From a virus (Duplodnaviria; Caudoviricetes), in the IMG/VR virus record IMGVR_UViG_3300032050_000177, positions 1-54,624 of that record: a DNA stretch of 54,624 nt, one strand, 5' to 3'. Below are positions 10,171 through 20,019 of this stretch, one piece after another. The notes beneath the pieces are model-generated. The model was not told where the DNA came from and ran no database searches. It worked only from the letters and a program-made list of their open reading frames with translations. Position 1 is the stretch's first letter. Each line of letters begins with the position of its first letter. Both the position numbers and the translations under genes were made by a program.

Positions 10171-13104
10171 TTAAAATACGCCGCTTCCTAAATAATGTCC
10201 ATATATTGATGTGCCCATAGCTCTAAGTAGAATAAGATGTTTAGCTACAGGTAGTGGATTTGGTGGCGAAGAATACCAATTAGTGACTATTGGCCATGAC
10301 ACATTCGTACTTGATCCAGCTACAGAAAGATCTAATAATACATCTCTGCTAATATCATTTGTAGAAGGCCAATTGTTACCTTTATTCATAATAGCAGCGG
10401 TTCCACTTAGTGAGCCTGTTTGTATTTGTTTGTCAACGGCCCAATCAATATTTATATTGCCATAATTAAGAGAGCCTAAGTTATAGATTGATGTACTATA
10501 TACATCATTAAAATCTGCTATGTCTGATCTGACATGCTGATGACCGATTGGAGCATAGTTGTTTCCGTTAAAATCCGTTATATCTGATAGTACGTGTTGA
10601 TGATTTAATGGTGCATAATTTCCGCTAGACTGTACATTATTTAGAATTCCACTAAGACCGGTGATATCACTTAAGGTATGTTGATGATTACTTAGGGCTA
10701 AACCTGTGGCACCTATCACATAGGTATTTCCAACCGATGATATATTAATATTATTAGAAGCTAATAGTGTTGGAAAATCTATGGTTCCAGAGATATTTAC
10801 TGGTAGCAGTGCTGACCAAGGAGTATAACCGTCGCCCACCTTAATAACTCTAGTGTCTGTAGCATATCCAGGTTCACCGGATGCTAGAATAGTATTAGCA
10901 GATATAAATTGTGCGTTAGTTGCTCTACGAAGTTGAATCTTAGAAAAGCTTCCTCTTGACATGCAAGAGCCTACTATTTGTGGGCGAACTGTAGTAGTAG
11001 TAGTAGTAGTCGGCGCAGCCGTTGTGGTTGTAGTGGTTGTCGGCGCAGCCGTTGTTGTCGTTGTTGTATTAGTAGCTCCACAAACATAAGATGAAGCTAC
11101 TGGTCCATCTCCAGTTGTATTTGCAGATACACATGTTGGAGCAGTATCACTTTGTGTAGCATAAGTATAGTATCCAGGAGAACCACTACCATTTTTATTA
11201 GGAGAGTAATAAGCCGCTTTATACCATTCATTTTCGGTTGGTATACTATATTTAGCATTAACATTTCTAACCACATTTGTCTCAGATGTCGCTCCGTTAA
11301 GAGTGTATGCGCCACCTTCTGTTGTCGCAGTATTTTGAATCCCATTAGGTTTTCCGTTATGTAACCAGTTACAATATCGCGCAGCACTAAGCCATGTCAA
11401 AAAAACTACTGGTTTATTACCCATATTATTTTTGATAGTATAAACATAACTACCGCTACTACCGCTTCTATCTATACCACCTCTAGAAGAACTCATATTA
11501 CTAATATAGACTGAGTAAGTATCAGTACTTGCGACTGCATTTAAAAATTCTACGTATTCACAATTTGTTACCGCATATTTACTTATTTGATAGGCATAAT
11601 TCACTCCTCCATAGCTCAAGCCAGTGTTATTGTCATTACTATTATTAATATTTCCAACAGTAACAAAATAAGGAAGACCTAAAGGATTAAAAACAGAAGA
11701 AGAACTTGATAAACGAAAACCTACATCTGGGCCTGCGTACATTGTGGATGCGCTATTCCTATTGAATGACGATAAAGAGAATTGAGTACCTCCGTCACTC
11801 CAGAGTCCTCCACGACATGCACGGGCAGGGGGCGTATCAATAATAGTCTCTGACCATTCTAGCACATTTCCACTCTGATCATAAGTACCATAAGCGCTAG
11901 GCCCACCATTACTTCCCACGGTTGTAACGTTTCCGTTCTGACCATTCCAATCAGCACAATTATTAAAATTAGCAGTATTAGGACCAATGGGGGCTAGAGT
12001 TGTAGTTGTTGTAGTGGTAGTTACCGCAACGTCACTAAACAAAGCCGCAGAGTGATATCCAGGCCCAGCTTTTACTGCTACTGGAGTGCCAGATATATTA
12101 TTGTTAATTTTTACTGGTGATAATCTATTAATGTTTGTTCCGTCGCCAAGCTGATAGTTAGTATTTAAACCCCAACCATAAACATCGCCATTCGCATTTA
12201 TCGCCAATGTATAGTTATTCCCAGCACTAACCTCTGTCCATGCGTGACCGTTTATTCTAGATACTAAAATTGGCATAGATCTACTATTTGTATTTCCAAG
12301 CCCCAACTGACCATACAGATTATAACCCCAAGTATATAAATCTCCATCAGTGGTAATTGCTGCACTGTGCTGTGTTCCAAGACTAACTTTAGACCAATAT
12401 AAAGGTATAGAATTAGCTAGAGTTCCACCAACAATAATAAATGACGTTCTTAGGGTTTGTGTATTGTCCCCAAGTTGGCCACGATTATTAAGTCCGCATA
12501 AATATAATCTATTATCTCCAGTGATAATAGCTGTGTGGTAATCTCCAGCGGCTACATATTTTATATCGCCGGTAACCACGACATCTCCGGTAGATCCGGT
12601 TACTGCATTTCCAATTTGTCCATAATTATTTCTTCCCCAAATATAAGCTTGTCCAACTGTATTTAGCGCAATGTTATGATAGTTACCAGCGGATATTTGA
12701 ATGTATGGGCCATATGAATTAACAGTGACACTGGCTTCGTTTCCTTGAAGGTAAGTATTATTACCCCTAGCCGCTACGGTCCCATTTGACGTAAGGTACA
12801 GACTATGTTGCAATCCAGCTTCAACTTGTATAATATTAGCTGGCAGATTGTTTGATAAAGATCGAAATGGGGTTTTAGCTCCCACTCCAGCATCTGCTCC
12901 AGAATTGGTTAACTGGTTTTGTGAATTATCTCCACATCCAACATATGTTCTAGCAACGCCACTAGTGCCGATGGTATGATATCCACCAGCCGCTACCACG
13001 TTAATAGATGGGACGATTAATAGTGGAGAATTTTGAGTTCCAAGATTAGTATTTCCAATTTGGGATATACTGTTGTCGCCCCAAAGATATAGTCTGTTAG
13101 ACAT
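10171..13104 (-). CDS. Multidomain fibre/receptor-binding protein: RCC1 repeats + permuted FGE-sulfatase/CLec domain + Mtd-N-like domain + HxH repeats
   Basis: RCC1 'WGxNxYGQLG' repeats; 'YGTYDQSGNVLEW..RGG.W..GFR' and 'PTENEWYKAAY'; 'IQLRR.....ILASGEPGY.TDT...KVGDG'. Confidence 0.8.
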   Translation of the reverse strand: MSNRLYLWGDNSISQIGNTNLGTQNSPLLIVPSINVVAAGGYHTIGTSGVARTYVGCGDNSQNQLTNSGADAGVGAKTPFRSLSNNLPANIIQVEAGLQHSLYLTSNGTVAARGNNTYLQGNEASVTVNSYGPYIQISAGNYHNIALNTVGQAYIWGRNNYGQIGNAVTGSTGDVVVTGDIKYVAAGDYHTAIITGDNRLYLCGLNNRGQLGDNTQTLRTSFIIVGGTLANSIPLYWSKVSLGTQHSAAITTDGDLYTWGYNLYGQLGLGNTNSRSMPILVSRINGHAWTEVSAGNNYTLAINANGDVYGWGLNTNYQLGDGTNINRLSPVKINNNISGTPVAVKAGPGYHSAALFSDVAVTTTTTTTTLAPIGPNTANFNNCADWNGQNGNVTTVGSNGGPSAYGTYDQSGNVLEWSETIIDTPPARACRGGLWSDGGTQFSLSSFNRNSASTMYAGPDVGFRLSSSSSVFNPLGLPYFVTVGNINNSNDNNTGLSYGGVNYAYQISKYAVTNCEYVEFLNAVASTDTYSVYISNMSSSRGGIDRSGSSGSYVYTIKNNMGNKPVVFLTWLSAARYCNWLHNGKPNGIQNTATTEGGAYTLNGATSETNVVRNVNAKYSIPTENEWYKAAYYSPNKNGSGSPGYYTYATQSDTAPTCVSANTTGDGPVASSYVCGATNTTTTTTAAPTTTTTTTAAPTTTTTTTVRPQIVGSCMSRGSFSKIQLRRATNAQFISANTILASGEPGYATDTRVIKVGDGYTPWSALLPVNISGTIDFPTLLASNNINISSVGNTYVIGATGLALSNHQHTLSDITGLSGILNNVQSSGNYAPLNHQHVLSDITDFNGNNYAPIGHQHVRSDIADFNDVYSTSIYNLGSLNYGNINIDWAVDKQIQTGSLSGTAAIMNKGNNWPSTNDISRDVLLDLSVAGSSTNVSWPIVTNWYSSPPNPLPVAKHLILLRAMGTSIYGHYLGSGVF

Positions 13105-15146
13105 TAAAATACCTTATCTAGTGTCCATGACACTTTTCTTGGTGGGAAACCGTCAACATCACTAAATACCCAAGAGCCATTTTGACTTAACATTTCAGCA
13201 GCATCCCGCTCTCTAATCCAAAAGCTGCCTTCTGGCTGATCATGTCTCTTTGGTCCACCATTCCAAACTCCCCAAGAATTTTGCACTAAGAATAAAGTCT
13301 CTTTGTAAATTTCATGAGTATCATCCATAGCTATCCAAGCCATCGCGTGGTTCCAGCCACCACTTCTAGAGGCTATACCATATTGATCTCTTCTAGAACT
13401 AAATCCAGAACCAGAACAAACACTAATAGCATAACCGTTAGCTAGAGCATCACGGGCCTGTTCTATGGTGTTAATTAGAGATATGGTCTTGACTTTATTC
13501 TTACTAGCTACTTGAACAAGCTCTTTTGGAACTCCGCTTCTACCCCATTTGCCACCAATAGCACTATATTCAGAAAGATCATACTCTCCATATTTCTTTC
13601 TTAATAGAATACCGCCAGATTGATGAACAAACTTAGCAGCACCAGAACATGTCATGCCTTCACCACCGTGACCTCTAGAGCCATAAATACCTTCTGTAGC
13701 TCCGCGAGCAACAAACTCTTCTCGTTCACCGTTAATAATTTCGCACGATCTTGTAGCATCTACCGCGTTTCGCGTGGCGTGACTAACACAATTTTTTATA
13801 ACTGCTCCACAGCCATCTATAAATGTGTGAGTCTTATTTTCTACACCAATATCATAAACTTCTTCGTGTGGTCCTTCTTCAAGTTCTACTTTGGTTATAG
13901 GCATAGCTAAATATTCATCATCTCTCCAGATATTTCTAGACGTTTTATTTAAATTCCAAGAAACTATATAAGCTATTTTATTGGTTTTCCCGGTTCGCTT
14001 GTCGGTCCTTTGCCGACTTTTTAGAGTTGGAATAAATCCATTATTAATAGCCCAAAATCTAATGCCATAAACTAAAGATGGGCTTGTATTGGTAAATTCT
14101 TGACGGTCAGATTGATTTTTATTACGACGCTTTCTAACATTGCCGTCCGCATCAATCAATCCTTCTACAACATCATCGTTTATAGCCCAGCTTGGAAGAA
14201 CTTTATGGCCATTTTCATCATAAAAATATTTTCTAAACAAATTATAGATGATATCTATTTTGTGAGTATATACTTTTCTAGCTTTTTTACTTGTCTTACA
14301 ATGAAAATAAGAGTTCCAGCTAATGCCCAGATAATCTAGTGTATTACACAACCTTTGTTCTATTTCTGGTTCGTCTGTAGTACATCCCCATTCAAGAGTT
14401 TTGCTAGATTTTTTAGTATGACCATCACCCAAAAATAATCCAATCATCCAGCGACAATTTTTATCACCCATAAATAATAACATATCTTCTGGTATTTTTG
14501 TGTCATATTCTATATTTAGTGGACAGAGCAAATAATCCGCTTCTGTTAGCTCTGAAGCAGAAACTAATTCAGCTTTTCTAGCAGTAAAAACAGTGTTAGA
14601 TTTATGTTGTGTATTTAAACCCAACTTTTTTACTACCTCGTTTTGCGATCCCGGACTGTATCTTCTTTTCCATTTTGTATTGTTGTTAACAAAGCCGCCA
14701 AAGCGATATGCTAAAACTTTATGGTCAGAAGTTACTTCTAATGGAAGACCTCCTTTAGTATAGATTTTTACCATAGGATTAAGAGACTTTTTAACCATAG
14801 TAGAAATAACTTTGGTTATTTTGCCATCTCCAGCATAAACCCTGTCGCCAATTTTAATGTCTTGTATTTTTTTTACAAAATCTGGACTAGGAATTAGGGC
14901 ATCTTTTTTTCGACAATCCCCTTGGACTTGTCTTTCGGCAGGCCCGAAGCCGGGATCAAACTTTACGAGATTCTTAAATGGAAGAGCTAACTTACCCTTG
15001 CCACTTCCAGATAAATCATAAGCCGCCACACCAAACAATGGGTGAGGTAGTTGACCCAAAAGCGCATCCAGTTCTTTTGGGTCACAATAAGAACCTACAA
15101 AACCGTCTTTATAGGCTTTTAATAAATCTCTAGGTGTTTTAAACAT
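13104..15146 (-). CDS. Papain-like (C1-family) cysteine peptidase containing an intein
   Basis: Spliced Q-V-Q-G-D|C-V-S-H catalytic motif, GGWNHAM (His) and QNSWG (Asn). Confidence 0.85.
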   Translation of the reverse strand: MFKTPRDLLKAYKDGFVGSYCDPKELDALLGQLPHPLFGVAAYDLSGSGKGKLALPFKNLVKFDPGFGPAERQVQGDCRKKDALIPSPDFVKKIQDIKIGDRVYAGDGKITKVISTMVKKSLNPMVKIYTKGGLPLEVTSDHKVLAYRFGGFVNNNTKWKRRYSPGSQNEVVKKLGLNTQHKSNTVFTARKAELVSASELTEADYLLCPLNIEYDTKIPEDMLLFMGDKNCRWMIGLFLGDGHTKKSSKTLEWGCTTDEPEIEQRLCNTLDYLGISWNSYFHCKTSKKARKVYTHKIDIIYNLFRKYFYDENGHKVLPSWAINDDVVEGLIDADGNVRKRRNKNQSDRQEFTNTSPSLVYGIRFWAINNGFIPTLKSRQRTDKRTGKTNKIAYIVSWNLNKTSRNIWRDDEYLAMPITKVELEEGPHEEVYDIGVENKTHTFIDGCGAVIKNCVSHATRNAVDATRSCEIINGEREEFVARGATEGIYGSRGHGGEGMTCSGAAKFVHQSGGILLRKKYGEYDLSEYSAIGGKWGRSGVPKELVQVASKNKVKTISLINTIEQARDALANGYAISVCSGSGFSSRRDQYGIASRSGGWNHAMAWIAMDDTHEIYKETLFLVQNSWGVWNGGPKRHDQPEGSFWIRERDAAEMLSQNGSWVFSDVDGFPPRKVSWTLDKVF
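13791..14915 (-). mobile_element. Intein with LAGLIDADG homing endonuclease (375 aa)
   Basis: Cys1 'CRKKDALI', block B 'LEVTSDHKV', 'IGLFLGDG' and 'EGLIDADG', block F 'VYDIGVENKTHTF', C-terminus 'VIKN|C'. Confidence 0.9.
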
Positions 15147-15147
15147 A

Positions 15148-15372
15148 TTACTTGGTATTATCCTTTACCCACTTGGTTAATGTGTTAATCGCTACTGCTA
15201 CTACTGGCACAATGAGAGCAGAAGCAGCACCTAAATCTACTTTAGCAAGATTTTCGCCAACGTATGTTAATACTGCGGCTAAACCTACTAAAAGAGCATT
15301 TTTACCAATAGCAACTAAATCAGTTGTATTAAGGGCAAATGACACTGAACCCATTTTCTTTTCGTTTGACAT
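15148..15372 (-). CDS. Putative holin (two hydrophobic segments)
   Basis: 74 aa, two hydrophobic stretches and charged C-terminus, adjacent to the peptidase. Confidence 0.5.
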   Translation of the reverse strand: MSNEKKMGSVSFALNTTDLVAIGKNALLVGLAAVLTYVGENLAKVDLGAASALIVPVVAVAINTLTKWVKDNTK

Positions 15373-15373
15373 T

Positions 15374-15967
15374 TTATATCTCCTTGACTTCTGAAATGCT
15401 TACTAAAAAACCACCGTGCTTTTCATCGTTGATCTTGTACGGAAAACCAACGAGCTTTACGTTTTTCCCGTCGCAGCTTTTTGTGAGCTTAACGAATTTC
15501 CTATTCATGTTTACACATGATTTAAATTCTGTAAAAAAATCTTCTCTATCTTCTTCGTCTATATAAGTTAGCCAATCATAACCGTCTACACTATTAATAT
15601 GATCACTTGTTAATTCATAGAAACTATTATTTGTCCAAACTAGTCTTCCTTGATCGTCCGTTTCGAACAATGCTATATTATTGTAATGCAGTGCGGCTTT
15701 AGTTCTTTGTTCCATTACCTTTTGTCTAGTTTCGATTCTACTACATGTGCCTTTTAGGTCTATAATAGAGTCTTTTAAGCTGTTACCGCCATTTGTTGAT
15801 AGTTCTTTTTTAATTGTTTCCAACGTTTTAATAACGTTTTCTTGGCTTTGTAGTATTTTTATGGTGGGCCTTATTGCCTTTACCCATATTAAGCTAAAAA
15901 ATGTTCCAAGACCTCCTAAAATGCTAAATATTAGCGTAATATGTTCTGGATCTTTAAGGTCTAGCAT
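15374..15967 (-). CDS. Membrane-anchored PAS-domain protein
   Basis: N-terminal TM, coiled coil with 'TNGGNSLKD', PAS signature 'ALFETDDQGRLVWTN.SFYELT......G.DW...IDEEDRE'. Confidence 0.75.
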   Translation of the reverse strand: MLDLKDPEHITLIFSILGGLGTFFSLIWVKAIRPTIKILQSQENVIKTLETIKKELSTNGGNSLKDSIIDLKGTCSRIETRQKVMEQRTKAALHYNNIALFETDDQGRLVWTNNSFYELTSDHINSVDGYDWLTYIDEEDREDFFTEFKSCVNMNRKFVKLTKSCDGKNVKLVGFPYKINDEKHGGFLVSISEVKEI

Positions 15968-15994
15968 TTAATATCTCCAAGGCGAGTAATGGAA

Positions 15995-16014
15995 GCCCCG
16001 ATATTACACGGGGC
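15995..16014 (-). terminator. GC hairpin after gene 16044
   Basis: GCCCCG-tgtaatat-CGGGGC; weak U tail. Confidence 0.4.
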
Positions 16015-16043
16015 GTCCAAGAAAAATACTAATAACTAATTAA

Positions 16044-16673
16044 TCAAGACTCTAGAGTGTTTCTAGCCTTGTAAACATCATTCTTTGGAGCCTTACCACC
16101 AAACATGTATGTAAGCTCGCCAGGAACTGATCTTGTTGGACTAGCAGCATTATCTACATTAGATGTGGTTGTACCATCATCAACCTGTACATAATTTACA
16201 GCATCTCCAGCCCCAAGACCCTTTGTGCGACCTGGAACAACAGATGTGCTTGGTCTAGCAAGAACGTCGTATGAGGCACTTGCATATGCTCCCATAGCGC
16301 GTGTAGATGTGAGCTTATGAATGCTCTTACTGCTTACGCCACCGGGAATAGAAAGAAGAGTGCTAGCAGTACCATTTATTGTACTAGCAGTGTCGCCAGC
16401 GGCTCTTAGTAAAAAGCCTTCGCCTTTTGCTGGTGTATAGGCAAAAGTACCAGCAGACTTTACCTTTACGGTGCCGTGAGGATCTGTTGTACCATTACCA
16501 ACCGCTGTATTTACTACAACCTTGGTTCCGTACTGGCTTGTAGACCCATTGATTTCATTAACGCCGATTACTTTTGTAACTGGAGTGCCAGCAGCTACGT
16601 TGCCAGCATTTACTATTGTGCCGCCGTTATTCTGTGGTGAACCACCGGCAGACTTTGCAGATGTGTAAGACAT
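16044..16673 (-). CDS. Hypothetical virion protein
   Basis: Start reassigned to ATG 16673 after AGGAGA; Gly/Ala/Thr-rich; preceded by GTGTATT motif. Confidence 0.7.
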   Translation of the reverse strand: MSYTSAKSAGGSPQNNGGTIVNAGNVAAGTPVTKVIGVNEINGSTSQYGTKVVVNTAVGNGTTDPHGTVKVKSAGTFAYTPAKGEGFLLRAAGDTASTINGTASTLLSIPGGVSSKSIHKLTSTRAMGAYASASYDVLARPSTSVVPGRTKGLGAGDAVNYVQVDDGTTTSNVDNAASPTRSVPGELTYMFGGKAPKNDVYKARNTLES

Positions 16674-16753
16674 GTATATTTCTCCTATGAAATGTTGCAA
16701 AATTATTCATGTCCACATCCTTTTATAGTCCAGTTCCTAATAATTAATACACG

Positions 16754-17230
16754 TTAGTTGAAGTTTTTCCTGAGATTTTTTATAATTTTGTGCATTTTCC
16801 TACGTGCGCTTTCGCGGTTAGTATGATGCTTTTCGGCTATCTCAGCTATAGTCATGTTGCTCAAACGATCTAAAAGCATTGTCTTATCGTTTTCGGATAG
16901 TTCGTCCAGAATGTCTATAATAAAAAACTCATCCTTGTCTTGTGGTATATTATCGTGTAATTTACCACTAAATCTATCCATCTTTTTACTGAACTTTATT
17001 TCTTTCATGCACTCTATAAAAACACCATTGTATAGATATGTAGTAAACTTGGCACCCTTGGTTGGCTCATGATTAACAAACGTTTTCCATAGAGCGTTTA
17101 ACTGACAAGTATTGATAGTGTCCTTGTCTAGCTGGTTTCTAAACCTACGGGCCGCTTTATTCATTATCTTTACAATATTATCGTCTTTTAGAGCGTTTTC
17201 AATTTTATTATTCAATGTGTCTACCGTCAT
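16754..17230 (-). CDS. Phage sigma-70/ECF-like RNA polymerase sigma factor
   Basis: Region 2 'ALWK.....EPTKGAKFTTYLY' and region 4 HTH 'MTIAEIAEKHHTNRESARRKMHKIIKNLR'. Confidence 0.8.
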   Translation of the reverse strand: MTVDTLNNKIENALKDDNIVKIMNKAARRFRNQLDKDTINTCQLNALWKTFVNHEPTKGAKFTTYLYNGVFIECMKEIKFSKKMDRFSGKLHDNIPQDKDEFFIIDILDELSENDKTMLLDRLSNMTIAEIAEKHHTNRESARRKMHKIIKNLRKNFN

Positions 17231-17234
17231 GTTG

Positions 17235-17675
17235 CTATTCTCCTTTTATCAAAGCTTTTTCAATATCATTTCTTACCTGTGTAAAATCAAACATGCGACC
17301 AATACCAACAAAAAACCTATACCTACTACATATTTTGAGAAGTTCTACTCCGGGAACTTTATTTAAAACTTCTTTTGTGTAGTGAGTCAAATCAAAGTTT
17401 GTGTGACCAATCCAACAGTCAAAACTAGAAAGCATAGCTATATCATCCATTAACTGGTTTGTTAGTGGGACCATTGGGCTGGCTTTCAGTAGCTTTCTTT
17501 CTTCTTCATATTCTTCATCGTCATACTCTTCTTCATCAGATGAGTCATTTTCTAGAGACTCTATGTGTTGCATGGCAACGTTTTGTATAATATTTGTTAA
17601 TATTGGAGAAGATATCTGTTTTTCTAGATAGTCTTCGTATTTTTGCCAGCCTATTTTCTTTTTAAACTTACTCAT
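17235..17675 (-). CDS. Hypothetical protein with acidic linker
   Basis: 146 aa, GGAG RBS. Confidence 0.7.
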   Translation of the reverse strand: MSKFKKKIGWQKYEDYLEKQISSPILTNIIQNVAMQHIESLENDSSDEEEYDDEEYEEERKLLKASPMVPLTNQLMDDIAMLSSFDCWIGHTNFDLTHYTKEVLNKVPGVELLKICSRYRFFVGIGRMFDFTQVRNDIEKALIKGE

Positions 17676-17700
17676 TGATACCGCTCCTTTGCTACGTTCA

Positions 17701-18084
17701 TCATAGCATGTCAGAAGGCTTGATACAAGGTTCGTCTTTTACGCTTTCCTTTTGTACTTTAATAACTTTATCTCTAGCACTTTGGCTGACCTGTGTAAAT
17801 ATTTGAATTAATAAATCTTCTCTTCCATCTTCCATAAGTGCGTTTTTAATCATGTTTAATGTTTCAGCATATGTAGCATCTTGGCATAATACATCTAAAA
17901 TATCGCACATTCCTTGGGTGGATGCTTCGTCATAGTCTCTCATAGAAGCATCTATAATAATTTTGCTAGAATTTTCTTCTATATAATAAGTTATAGATGC
18001 TAATACTTTATCATCATTTTCGTTTTCTTCTACCACGCTCACAGGCTTTTTACTGCTGAATAGATTGAATAATTTTTTTAGCAC
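17701..18084 (-). CDS. Hypothetical protein
   Basis: 127 aa, GTG start after GGAG. Confidence 0.6.
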   Translation of the reverse strand: MLKKLFNLFSSKKPVSVVEENENDDKVLASITYYIEENSSKIIIDASMRDYDEASTQGMCDILDVLCQDATYAETLNMIKNALMEDGREDLLIQIFTQVSQSARDKVIKVQKESVKDEPCIKPSDML

Positions 18085-19123
18085 TGTTACTCCATGTAAA
18101 ATTGTTAGCGGTTTGTATACCAGATCTATTTATCTGCAACGTGCTAGACTGTCTAGACTTATGGATATCACGCATAGCTTGTGCCATAAGATCTTTTTGA
18201 TGTTGACCTAATTTTGCCCAATTTCCCTGCCCATGAAACCATTTGTTATCATATGCCGGTTCGTATTTATCTATTGGGATCAGTGTAGAGTTGGTTTCAT
18301 TGCAAAATTCCGTATGTGCAGAATATTTTGTGGTTATAACGGGCTTTCCACAAGCCATCATTTCTAATAACTCTAAATTCCAACCCTCTGCTCTAGACGG
18401 AAAAATGCCGCAGTGCATATCTTTCATAATATTATACACCTGTTGCTGAGTTGGTTGTCTAGGAATAATGGTGATTTTATCTCCTAGTTTTGAGTTTTTA
18501 TATAAATCTTCCCACTTTTTAGATTCTTCTGGAGTATAAAATGGATTTTCACACATCAATACTAGCTCTACATCGTCTTTAATATCAAAAGCTGTATTAA
18601 ATACTTCTACTAAAACATCGTGACCCTTTCTTATCTCCCACTTTCCGCAATTAAAAAATCGTGTAGTTTCGCAATTTTTTGGAAATTCAGACGGTTTAAA
18701 TATATCAAGATCAACACCCAAAGGAATTACGGTTATTTTACTTTGATCTATGTTGAGATTATATAGTATAACATTCTTAGCCCATTCTGAGCATACAAAA
18801 ATATGATCTAGATAGTTTAAATGATGTTTTTCCACCTTATTAAATCTGTCTAGCTCAAATATTGGAAAACCTGCTTTTACTCCGTCGCCAACAAATTGTG
18901 TCATATCATGCTGGTGCCATATTTTTATGCATGGAGCGTTAAAATCTGGCATCTGATTATTTCTGATACATTCAGATATAATATCAGAATCTTCTTGAGT
19001 AGTTACTTGTGGTTGACCTATAGGCCACAAGGCTACGCTTGTTAATTTACTCAAGCTTTTGACTATATTTAGTCCTGTGATCCCATAGCCCAACTGATTT
19101 ATTGGCGAAACTATATTAATCAT
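18050..19123 (-). CDS. Glycosyltransferase, GT4/GT-B family
   Basis: 'IPLGVD...F', 'RKG.D.L', 'PSRAEGWNLELLEMMACGKPVI'. Confidence 0.9.
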   Translation of the reverse strand: MINIVSPINQLGYGITGLNIVKSLSKLTSVALWPIGQPQVTTQEDSDIISECIRNNQMPDFNAPCIKIWHQHDMTQFVGDGVKAGFPIFELDRFNKVEKHHLNYLDHIFVCSEWAKNVILYNLNIDQSKITVIPLGVDLDIFKPSEFPKNCETTRFFNCGKWEIRKGHDVLVEVFNTAFDIKDDVELVLMCENPFYTPEESKKWEDLYKNSKLGDKITIIPRQPTQQQVYNIMKDMHCGIFPSRAEGWNLELLEMMACGKPVITTKYSAHTEFCNETNSTLIPIDKYEPAYDNKWFHGQGNWAKLGQHQKDLMAQAMRDIHKSRQSSTLQINRSGIQTANNFTWSNSAKKIIQSIQQ

Positions 19124-20019
19124 TTTGAATACCTATGATGAGAATATGATACTATCATGCTTGGATCTAATATTATTTTTTTATCAAACTGTCTATGAAA
19201 TTCAACATGATCTGGATTTACACATCCTTCTTTAAAACACGTTGATGAGTATTGTTTATCTCCTATATCTGACATTTTGTATATGGCTAATCCACCAAAA
19301 TTAGAATCTACTTCTACGGGATCATCAGCCCTTTGAAACTTAATAAAGTTAAAGTTTTGCAATACAAAGGCATCATAATCATAATTTATACCATTTAATG
19401 GTCTAAATGCAAAAGAGTCATACATCATGTAATCTTCTGGACTTATTTCTTCTAAAGACGCACGATTGGTACATTCAGTAAGAATTCCATATGAAGATAC
19501 ACACGGATTATCTGACTGATTTAGTGTAAATATGCCATGACCAATACCATCATAAGACCAACCGCCCAATAAATCCAAATCTAAAACGCATAGATAATCA
19601 AAGTGCGAAAACTGTTTAGCGTACTGTAGATAATTATTTCTGCAATCGGACAACACTTTGCATCTATTTTCATGCCAAGGGTCTTTTCCGTTCGTCAACC
19701 CAGCCGCGTAGTCTTTGTCTTGTCTCGCCGTTGATATAAAATTCAATTGATCTGATTTATACTTATTTAGTATTTCTACGGTATTATCATCAGAATCGTT
19801 TTCATATATAAAGATGTGATAATCTTTAAACATGTCTCCAGTTCTAAATAATCTAAGAATATTAGTCTCTAGTATGTGTCCAACATTTCTACATATACCA
19901 CAAAATAGAATTCTCTTATCTTTGCATATATTTCTTCCAGTATCTACTTTATATCTATAAATAGACTGTTTTTGTTTAGCTGGAGAAAATATATCTTCTG
20001 GAAAATCTGTAGAAATCAT
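19120..20019 (-). CDS. Glycosyltransferase, GT-A fold (CAP59/GT69-like)
   Basis: 'IYENDSDDNT', 'RNNYL', DxD 'VLDLD', 'SNFGGLAIY', 'DHVEFH'. Confidence 0.75.
   Translation of the reverse strand: MISTDFPEDIFSPAKQKQSIYRYKVDTGRNICKDKRILFCGICRNVGHILETNILRLFRTGDMFKDYHIFIYENDSDDNTVEILNKYKSDQLNFISTARQDKDYAAGLTNGKDPWHENRCKVLSDCRNNYLQYAKQFSHFDYLCVLDLDLLGGWSYDGIGHGIFTLNQSDNPCVSSYGILTECTNRASLEEISPEDYMMYDSFAFRPLNGINYDYDAFVLQNFNFIKFQRADDPVEVDSNFGGLAIYKMSDIGDKQYSSTCFKEGCVNPDHVEFHRQFDKKIILDPSMIVSYSHHRYSK

Noticed and set aside
11716-11830. DGR variable region in the CLec domain
   Set aside because: No template repeat or reverse transcriptase is visible in this window; it cannot be excluded elsewhere in the genome
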